From: Amoeboradix gromovi X-113
Lineage: Eukaryota > Fungi > Sanchytriomycota
Assembly (NCBI GenBank): GCA_018985225.1
Contig: JADGIF010000447.1
Coordinates: forward strand, 1-8,428
Reading direction: 5' to 3'
Length of the DNA stretch: 8,428 nt
Made by a program: the position numbers and the translations under genes. The notes under the pieces were generated by a model. It was not told the origin of the DNA, did no database searches, and saw only the letters and a list, made by a program, of their open reading frames with translations. Positions 1 to 7,387 of this stretch are shown one piece after another. The number at the start of each line of letters is the position of its first letter. The first letter of the stretch is position 1.

Positions 1-705
1 TCATATATTTGAAAGAGATGTAGGGTCTTCTAGTTTTATTTTAAAAAGAGGAATACAATTAATGAAAGAAAATTGGTATAATAGAAGAAGATCTTTATTA
101 ATGATAGCATTTCCTCCGTATGGAGCACCTCCTTTAAAAACGAGTTAGTCTAGTTTTTATATTTGGTGTCCCATATGGGTACAAGACCATAAAAAACAAA
201 GATTAGAAGATTTCAAGTATAGAGAAGTTGGTGGATTTGTTGTACAGAGAAGTCTGGAAAGACCTTGGCTAGGGATATGATGATAAACGTATAAGAAGAG
301 CAAATTATGAGAAAGTGAAGGATCTTATAGAAAAGCAGTTTGTTATAATGATAGAGGTATAAGCACAATCATAGAAGAGTTCAGAGTATTCCAAACAAGA
401 AACCAATTTACTCGCTTGGTTGTAAGTATCAATACTATCTACTCCAAAACATATTATCTCTAAAACGCAGTAAAGCTGATATACGAATTACGGCAAGTGC
501 AAGGGTATACATGAATTTGCAGCGGTCCAAGGTTACTCTGTGATATTACTGTGGTCAAATGCTTGTTAACAATTGATAAATGACCAAATATGAAGCGAAG
601 AATTTATAGTAGAACTATATCGTCTAATTTATGAGTGATAAAATGAGTTAACTCTGTAAAAATTAATTTAGCTTTTATAGCTCATGTCCTAGGTGTCCAT
701 AATTG

Positions 706-752
706 AACTATAACCTCAAATTCGATTAAATAGCGTGTTTAAGGTTATAGTT
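706..752. repeat. Perfect 11-bp inverted repeat (AACTATAACCT / AGGTTATAGTT) with 25-nt spacer
   Basis: Arms at 706-716 and 742-752 are exact reverse complements. The stem extends inward (AAA 718-720 / TTT 738-740) after one mismatch. Confidence 0.75.
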
Positions 753-1091
753 TGCTATTGTTTTCAGTCCGACCAATACCGAATGGCGTTTTTAAGTGCC
801 CCCGGTGCTTATATGCAAGTCTTCAAAGAATTCACGCTCTTGCTTCGCTTATTTTTGATTCTGCAACATTTTGTCGTTATAAATAATTTTCCTTGAAATT
901 GTACTGCATCTTGGATATCGGTCTTGATTTCTAAAAAGGTAGGATCTTATTGGGGAGAAATGTAACCATTATAATTATCGAAGTTTTAATTAAAATTTAA
1001 TTACTGCCCAAGGTGAAAACATTCAAATATACTCTCTACCAAATTTGACTACAATTCAGCAAGGCAGAGTTCTCAATTCTTAAGCGACTTC

Positions 1092-1369
1092 ATGTTTAAC
1101 GTAGGCGTAACTTTTGAAACAATCAGAATTTTAGAATGGTAGAATTTGATGATTCTGGACGCCTTAGTTCTACTAGAGTGAGTTATGTACTGGTTCTCTT
1201 TGGAATAGTGTTCTTAACATGGGGAATGATTGAATACAGCGAAGGCAGTGGCTCTATGCTTTACTTTGTTTTGTCGCTAATGTGCATCCCTTCGGGAATA
1301 TATGGACTTCTGAAGACCCCAGACCTTGCTGTAAACTCCAGGGAATATGAGCTCCTTCAAGATAACTAA
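1092..1369 (+). CDS. Small two-transmembrane protein, possibly TMEM230/TMEM134-like; 77 aa from ATG 1136, or 85 aa as join(1092..1106,1127..1369)
   Basis: Two hydrophobic segments (VSYVLVLFGIVFLTWGMI; MLYFVLSLMCIPSGIYGLL), the second ending in an IP-x-G-x-Y motif, then a short acidic tail. The TAA stop overlaps AATAAA (1368-1373), as in the other intact genes. Family assignment and 5' exon are tentative. Confidence 0.6.
1107..1126 (+). other. Candidate 20-nt spliceosomal intron GTAACTTTTGAAACAATCAG
   Basis: GTA...CAG, same length as the ICL intron and sharing an internal TTTTGA. Removal joins ATG 1092 (MFNVG) in frame to NFR-MVEFDD. No homology anchor. Confidence 0.4.
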
Positions 1370-1413
1370 TAAATTGCATTCTTGATTTGAAACTTTTCAA
1401 TTAATTTTCTCTT

Positions 1414-1983
1414 ATGGGTCAATCAAATTCTAAACTAAAGGCAGAACAACTGAATCAATTATCGCAGGATACTAAGTTTTCCAAGAAAGAAATACAGCAA
1501 TGGTATAAGGGATTTATGAGAGACGCGCCGAGCGGATATTTGGATAGAGCTGAGTTTAGACGCATTTATCATTCTTTTTGGTCTCTTGGAGATTCTAATG
1601 ATTTCGCTGATATGGTTTTTGATCAATTTGATAAAAACAAAAATGGAATGATCGAATTTTCTGAATTTATTTCTTCTCTCTCCATTACTGCCCGTGGAAC
1701 CACTGAGGATAAATTAAAATGGGCTTTTGATCTACACGATGTTGATAAAGATGGTTTTATTTCACGTAGCGAATGCTTAAAGACTATGCAAGCGTTGTAT
1801 AAAATGCTTGGTAAAATTAAATTGCCAGAAGATGAATCCACCCCTGAATTAAAGGTGCAAAAACTCTTTGAAATAATGGACAGTGACAAAGATGATCGTA
1901 TAAACTATGATGACTTTCAGAACGGTGCTAAAGTCTATCCTTCAATAATACAGGCTATGAACTTATATGACGGTCTAGTGTAG
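1414..1983 (+). CDS. FRQ1: Frequenin / neuronal calcium sensor-1 family EF-hand protein, 189 aa
   Basis: N-myristoylation start MGQSNSKL, IQQWYKGFMRDAPSG, EF-hand loops DKNKNGMIEFSE and DVDKDGFISRSE, LPEDESTPE, and C-terminal YDGLV are hallmarks of Frq1/NCS-1. Confidence 0.96.
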   Translation: MGQSNSKLKAEQLNQLSQDTKFSKKEIQQWYKGFMRDAPSGYLDRAEFRRIYHSFWSLGDSNDFADMVFDQFDKNKNGMIEFSEFISSLSITARGTTEDKLKWAFDLHDVDKDGFISRSECLKTMQALYKMLGKIKLPEDESTPELKVQKLFEIMDSDKDDRINYDDFQNGAKVYPSIIQAMNLYDGLV

Positions 1984-1999
1984 AATAAATCTGTTTATT
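1984..1999. terminator. Bidirectional polyadenylation signal AATAAA-tctg-TTTATT between convergent FRQ1 and ICL1
   Basis: AATAAA (1984-1989) directly follows the FRQ1 TAG. TTTATT (1994-1999) overlaps the ICL1 TAA on the minus strand. Only 15 nt separate the stops. Confidence 0.7.
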
Positions 2000-3596
2000 T
2001 ATAATTTTGACTTAAACTGGTCCTCTGTAACTCCCTTTCCCATGGCTGCTGTACTGCTTAAACCTCCAGTGGCTGTCATCATTTGATAATCTACTAGCTC
2101 TGCACCACTCCATTTTTGATGTGCCAAAGTCTCCACTCCAAAATCTCTTTCTTTTCGTTGAATATCTTCTACATATGCAAGCATTCCGCGCTTCTTATAA
2201 TCTCTGGCAAATGTATCGATTCCCAATGAATTTGAATGGAGTCCAGCTAAACTAAATTAAGTCAAAAATACGTAATAAACTGCCAGTTGAATCCCAACTT
2301 ACCCAAGTCCCAAATAAAAGACTGAATTTTAGCATCGCTCATACCCGCTGCATCCCAGTTGAATGACGGACTGAGATTATACGCTAGCATTGCCCAGGGT
2401 CTCTGGTTTTTGACACCTTCCGCGTATTTCTTCGCCTGGTCATAGACAGGTTTCTTGCTCTCCATCCAGTTTAGGTCGCAGTAAGGTGCATAAGCAATTG
2501 AGCGAGTAATACAAGAATCTGTTCCACCTTGGTATCTAAAGAATCCCTCTCGGGTACGCGGGCTATACCAGCACCAAAATATAGACACATTGAACTCTTT
2601 TGCAAGTTTTACAGCATCAGAATGACTAAGACGCATTGCTCTTTGGTAAAAATCCAGTCCTTCTTTTTTTTTGTTGTTTGAAACCAAATAATTTCTTACG
2701 GCTTCACCATATGTTAATAATTTTGCACTTTCTAACCATTCTTCCTCAATCTTACCCAATTGGCTGCCGCTAGCTCCACTTTGTTCTGCTTTGTACATTA
2801 TATCAGACAATGCTTCCAATTTAACTGTGGATCCAAGTATGTAAGGGTGATCTCTAGGATCTACGTTAGATGTCAATAAAGTAGCTGCCTCTGCATCCGT
2901 GCGAGCAACTAGGACTGTTTCAACTCCCATAATATCAAACTGAAGTCTACAAGCAACTAATCTATTGATGTGCTCTTGAATGGGAACCAGCACTTTCCCC
3001 GCTAAATGGCCACACTTTTTTGTTCCAGCAGCTTGATCCTCAACATGAATACCAGCTGCACCGCGCTCTACGAACATTTTGGCTAACTTCATAGTTGCTG
3101 TAATACCACCATGACCTGTGTCAGCGTCAGCTATAATAGGGCGTAGAAAATCTACATATTCTTCTTTTCTTTTTTCAATCTCCGACATGTTACTGCGATG
3201 AAAGGATTGCTTACGATCATGAAATAGTTGAGCAAACCATAAATGTTCCACTTTATTAGGCACTGTGTCCATCGGGTAGTCAGCGAGATCAGGTCCAGGT
3301 TCGTTACTAGTAGAAGCAGTGGAGCTACTCTGCCAACCACTCACATAAATGGTTTCTACGGATTTGGCCATTTGAATAACTTGAACTGGATCTAATGCAC
3401 CAAAAGTGTGACTGCAAGTCTTGGACTGTTGATGCTTCTTCAAAATCCCCCATAATTTTTTAGCCATTATATTGCTACCTTGGGGGACTAGAATGGTACC
3501 TCTTAATTTGGCAACTTCACTTGCGTCGTATTGACGCTTGGTATTTTCAAATCTAGGCGTTTTAAACCATTTTTCAATCTCTTGAACAGATGACAT
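1999..3596 (-). CDS. ICL1: Isocitrate lyase, peroxisomal; complement(join(1999..2251,2272..3596)), 525 aa
   Basis: Motifs [30 protein letters not shown], catalytic [24 protein letters not shown]. Splicing restores WQFITLAGLH and joins the 444-aa and 75-aa ORFs (HQKWSGA, GVTEDQF). Ends in the PTS1 signal SKL. Confidence 0.97.
2252..2271 (-). other. 20-nt spliceosomal intron GTATTTTTGACTTAATTTAG (phase 2, inside the Thr codon AC|T)
   Basis: This GT-AG excision restores the conserved WQFITLAGLH and the reading frame. The alternative AG 5 nt downstream frameshifts, and the unspliced frame hits TGA at 2262-2264. Confidence 0.93.
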
Positions 3597-3839
3597 ACCA
3601 GGTTTTGCGGAGTAACATGATTTTCTTCAGGCCCCCCCAGAATGACAAGTGTTATCATCCTACATACACTAAAAACAGCAACAAATGCAATGCCAAATAT
3701 TAGTGTGTATGGGTAGTTAAGAGCTGAATTTAAAACTCTAAACGGTTGAATCTTTTTTTGCGTCCATCTAAATCTTTATTATATTCTGTCAAATCTTAAA
3801 TTAAATAGCACATTTTAGTTTTGAGATTATATCTCCTAG

Positions 3840-3865
3840 GAAACGCCGTCTCCGTCGGGCGTTTC
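3840..3865. promoter_or_regulatory. GC-rich inverted repeat in the divergent ICL1/bHLH intergenic region
   Basis: GAAACGCC (3840-3847) and GGCGTTTC (3858-3865) around a 10-nt loop. Contains CCGTC twice and CCG-N7-CGG, and stands out from AT-rich flanks. Function is inferred. Confidence 0.45.
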
Positions 3866-3922
3866 TCCCAAATTCAAAAATCCTGGGCCCCGTGTTAGTC
3901 TCAAACATATAGCATTTCGATT

Positions 3923-4270
3923 ATGAATTCATTTCCTTTTGAAAGTCAAGATCCTTTTATGAGATTGCATAAAGAGTCCATGGTCTTCGATCCATTAGAC
4001 GAACTTATGAGGAGTCAAGATTCAAAAGCAGTCCATTCCCTTTTGAGCAATAATATTGATAATAATAATACCACTGATTCTCAGCAAAGAGCCAAGGTAG
4101 CTAAACAAAGAAGAGAAAAGCTAACTATCACTTTTGAAAGATTAAAGGAATTATTGATTCCGTTTGGTGCTGACCCCAATGCTGGCAGAACTAAGCTGTT
4201 AGACTATGCAACTGAGTTAGTTACAAAGATCTCACAAGATAACCAATACCACAATAACAGAGAACAATAA
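3923..4270 (+). CDS. Small basic helix-loop-helix (bHLH) protein, 115 aa, atypical basic region
   Basis: KQRREKLTITFERLKELLIP (basic region and helix 1 ending in Pro), a loop, then RTKLLDYATELVTKI (helix 2) match the bHLH pattern. Stop overlaps AATAAA. Confidence 0.82.
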   Translation: MNSFPFESQDPFMRLHKESMVFDPLDELMRSQDSKAVHSLLSNNIDNNNTTDSQQRAKVAKQRREKLTITFERLKELLIPFGADPNAGRTKLLDYATELVTKISQDNQYHNNREQ

Positions 4271-4277
4271 ATTTATT
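4266..4277. terminator. Palindromic bidirectional polyadenylation signal AATAAATTTATT
   Basis: Perfect 12-bp palindrome overlapping both convergent TAA stops (4268-4270 plus; 4276-4278 minus), which are 5 nt apart. Confidence 0.72.
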
Positions 4278-5421
4278 ATTCATATGTAAACAACTCATCT
4301 TCACTCAAGAACTGACATTTTATAGGATGGCATCTTAAAATCAACTTTCCAGGCCCTTTTGAGTCTTGCTTCAATTCAAATTTTGTGGATCCCTCTTTGC
4401 TTTGGACAATCACTGTCTTCGGTGCTACTTTTTCATCAGAATACCTTGTACACGACATTAATGATCCAGATTCGATTTTTATTAACTCATCGCCATTTTC
4501 AGTTGATGCAATAATATCCTGTTCCAATACTGGTACATCAACTGGTTTTGGTAGGTCCTTGTGCTTCGACATCAGTTTTAAGGCGCCAAGTAACGGAGCC
4601 TCCAAGGGATCAGCATCCACATGAACATTGAATGTTTTCAAAACTTGATCAACACATTTTAACTTCGCTAAACCACCTTGCAAGACCACATAGTCAAACT
4701 GAAAATGATTAACCAACTTTCTCAATGCACTAACATAATCAGAAAGCAAAAAACTAATTCTATCGCTACTAACGTTTAATGAAAGGTCTAGTCCTTCATA
4801 CAAAGATTCTACTAATAGTGTAACATTGCCATCAGTAGCGCACATCAAGGATAACAGTTTATCGGCTGCCAAATTTAATTTTGCACGGATTTTGCGGTTC
4901 ATTTCAATTTCCATTCGATACTTATTGTAAAATTGCATTTTAATAAATGCAGTCATCTTGTCTAATGTACCCTTTACTACCGTTTCTACGTTCTCCAATG
5001 ATTCTACAGCTGGGTGGCGACGTTGATATAATGTACCGTGGATGCGATCTAAAGCACAGTCAAGCACTAAAACTTTACAGTCCAAAGATAAGTTATCCAA
5101 GTTAGCCAGTAATGTACAGTCATACTCGTTCAAATCACTAGTTTTGCTCAATACGTACCATGATTCAACTGGATGTTTTACTAATTTCTTTAACTCTGCA
5201 ATAGCAAACGGCCAGTCCTCTTCGGTAGGCTGTCTGATGCTTTGAGAATGGCGAGTGTATTCCGCTTTGGCAAATGATCCAAAGTGTTTTTCATCACTCT
5301 CATATATCAGACTTGGAATATTATGAACGCCAAAATCATCATAAACAACTTCGATTACACCATCTTTGATAATGCCAACTCTACAGTAATGACTTCCCAA
5401 TTGAATAACACCAGATCTCAT
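4276..5421 (-). CDS. Highly divergent, shortened Hsp70-family protein, most like Ssz1/HSPA14 (ribosome-associated complex), 381 aa
   Basis: N-terminal VIQLGSHYCRVG...IEVVYDDFGVHNIPSLI...HFGSFAK, then KVLVLD, NRKIRAKL...LLVESLYEGLDLSLNVSSDR, and DYVVLQGGLAKL follow Hsp70 NBD order. Only a short SBD-beta-like tail, with no lid or EEVD. The Hsp70 call is good; the Ssz1 orthology is inference. Confidence 0.75.
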   Translation of the reverse strand: MRSGVIQLGSHYCRVGIIKDGVIEVVYDDFGVHNIPSLIYESDEKHFGSFAKAEYTRHSQSIRQPTEEDWPFAIAELKKLVKHPVESWYVLSKTSDLNEYDCTLLANLDNLSLDCKVLVLDCALDRIHGTLYQRRHPAVESLENVETVVKGTLDKMTAFIKMQFYNKYRMEIEMNRKIRAKLNLAADKLLSLMCATDGNVTLLVESLYEGLDLSLNVSSDRISFLLSDYVSALRKLVNHFQFDYVVLQGGLAKLKCVDQVLKTFNVHVDADPLEAPLLGALKLMSKHKDLPKPVDVPVLEQDIIASTENGDELIKIESGSLMSCTRYSDEKVAPKTVIVQSKEGSTKFELKQDSKGPGKLILRCHPIKCQFLSEDELFTYE

Positions 5422-5535
5422 TGTGTTTTGACTCTACCCCTTACTCCTGCTACTATTACTAGAAAAAATTAGAGAGAAGACGCTCCACTATTCACAGATA
5501 CTCTACGCTAATCTACTTGTTAGACCAGTCTTAGG

Positions 5536-6099
5536 CTAATTCAATATGCTAACAAACCGTTGCAGGTTATATTCTATACATATAATAATTATTATAGAAC
5601 AGCTATCGACTTCTGTTGAATAAAGGAGTTGTCGCGATTTCGTCACTTTTATTGCATCATTAATTGTTTTTGCAGATACATCCAGTGGTATAGAAACTCG
5701 ATCTTCTTTCTTTCCATTTAAATGGATCCTGGTCTCGAGATCCTGTGTATTGCTTAAAATTACAGGAAGTCTACCTCTCTACTTGTTCATTTCTTTATGG
5801 TTTATAAATGTTTAACAACACGTCATATTTTCTTATCATGAACTACAGAGTCTATCTCTCTTTGGAAACTTCAATTTCCCAGAAACCAAACTTAACGAGG
5901 CGACACTAATTGTTATATCTGGCACCTAGAATTTTTGCTTTGCTACAGTCAATTTCTTAAGTGAGAAAAGAATTTGCTGGTTATGTCTTTCCAAAACACT
6001 TTGAGGGATTGAAAGAAGGTAACCAAGCAATGTGGAAGGTCGCAAGCTGCTGGCGACCCTGTCATGATTTCTGATATTTTTCTTTAATGGTAATAGCAT
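5536..6099 (-). pseudogene. Probable decayed gene of unknown family
   Basis: One minus-strand frame of 188 codons from ATG 6099 has 5 internal stops clustered at 5779-5928, flanked by open runs of 57 and 80 codons. No recognisable motif. Confidence 0.3.
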
Positions 6100-6355
6100 C
6101 TAGGTCTAGCTACTTTGACGGAATCCTAACTTCTGCAGTTGACTCTATCCTCGAAATAAAAAAGTATGTGAAAGTTTTTTGAAACTATCCTAGAGTAGCA
6201 CCAACATGTTCACAAGCCAGTCTATTCCATAAATAGCTGGAACGACAGCACATGGTGCGGTTGTTTGCACAAGATGCTCTCTGCAGAGCTAAAAAACTAA
6301 TGCTCTTTTTGATTGCACAGCAGTCAATTTTTGATTGGGCTCGAGGCCAATTTCA

Positions 6356-6784
6356 ATGAATTCCATTCCAAAAATCATGGCAATTATTACTCATAATGAT
6401 AACATGATTAAGGATAGGGATGAATTAGTTGGATTGGTATTGGAGGTCGCAAATGATGTTAGCAAATTGGAAGTTGAAGTGACTAATTTGAAGTCAGAAA
6501 ATGTCCAATTGCGACAAGAAAATGTCGAATTGCGACAGGAAACTGCTCAGTTGCGACAACATATTCATGAGCTGGATATGAAAATGAACAAGGTTTTGCA
6601 AGGATTGGAGTCAAAGAATGAACGACAATCTGTAAAAGCAAGAGCTATTAAAGCATAAGTTGATGAGATGGAAAGCATTATCAATCCTGCAGAGACGTTA
6701 TTCGATCAGAATTTCGGCAGTGGATCTAATACTTCTGTTATCTTCCTCGTTCGGATTTCGAGAAGTCTGGTTCGATTGCAGTGA
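6356..6784 (+). pseudogene. Coiled-coil protein, probably truncated by a premature TAA at 6656-6658
   Basis: Leucine heptads (LEVEVTN LKSENVQ LRQENVE LRQETAQ LRQHIHE L). The frame continues with protein-like sequence for 41 codons past the TAA (VDEMESIINPAETLFDQNF...). No AATAAA at the stop, unlike the intact genes. Confidence 0.5.
6497..6559 (+). repeat. Three 21-nt tandem units encoding heptads ENVQLRQ / ENVELRQ / ETAQLRQ
   Basis: gaaaatgtccaattgcgacaa, gaaaatgtcgaattgcgacag, gaaactgctcagttgcgacaa. Confidence 0.9.
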
Positions 6785-7239
6785 AGCTGCGTTAGAAATC
6801 AAAAGCAGATTACCGAGGGATCGCTCTCTTTTATAGCCAGCACTTTGTTCTCTTTGGCGGACCGATATTGATGATTAGATATCATATCTTAGACCAATCA
6901 TGTACAGTTATATCTGACTAATCAACCGTTTACATTTGATCACACTGTTTATTCAGAAATCAAAAGAGCTGTCCTCGTAACAAATTCTCAATGTATGTTT
7001 TTGATCTCAACACTGCTATGAAGGTAATTTGCGTATGCTAGTTAATAAATCTGCTCCTCCCTTCTCGATTTCATTAGAAACTCGGAACAAGTTCTGATCT
7101 CCACTTCTCTTCTCGTTACACTTTCTAATCATTAACTGAAAAAGCTTTCAGACACTCCCGTGTTCAATACGCCAAACATAAAGACATCTCTAGTAGAACA
7201 GAAAACAGAAAATAGTCTAAAAATGAGTTTATATTTACT

Positions 7240-7387
7240 AGTCCAACATGTCCGGGACTCTGAAGAAAAAATATTTGGACAAATACTTGTACAAAATACA
7301 AACTGTCATTTGGAAGCATATATGGACTAAATGGTAACTATGAACATAAACGTATATGTAATCTTATTCAATCCCGCCTCAGGGTAG
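7240..7387 (+). mobile_element. Degenerate Fanzor/TnpB C-terminal fragment (copy A), frameshifted
   Basis: Homologous to 8236-8334: GGGACTCTGAAGAAA vs GGCACTCTAAAGAAA, and 7304-7345 matches 8293-8334 at 31/42 nt ungapped. Translates across indels as PTC-GTLKKKYLDKY-CT-NCHLEAYMD*MVTMNINVYVILFNPASG*. Confidence 0.7.

Noticed and set aside
1623-1889. 88-aa minus-strand ORF
   Set aside because: Antisense shadow of FRQ1 with no motifs.
1999-2226. 75-aa ORF as a separate gene
   Set aside because: It is part of exon 2 of ICL1; its TTG start is an internal Leu codon.
3152-3340. 62-aa minus-strand ORF
   Set aside because: Alternative frame within ICL1.
3724-3743. Another 20-nt GT-AG segment on the minus strand (GTTTAGAGTTTTAAATTCAG) after ATG 3767
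   Set aside because: Splicing gives only a 15-aa peptide and the donor is weak; it shows that 20-nt GT-AG pairs can arise by chance.
4385-5472. Three plus-strand ORFs (4385-4624, 5042-5245, 5284-5472)
   Set aside because: Antisense shadows of the Hsp70-like gene.
5722-5757. Plus-strand MDPGLEILCIA as a Fanzor RuvC-I (DPG) motif
   Set aside because: Bounded by stops on both sides, 1.5 kb from the nearest zinc-ribbon fragment, and the opposite strand has the longer open frame.
6656-6658. TAA/TAG reassignment to a sense codon, suggested by in-frame stops in decayed regions
   Set aside because: Conserved genes end at TAA or TAG exactly at their expected C-termini (YDGLV-TAG, SKL-TAA, RGGI-TAA) and contain no internal stops.
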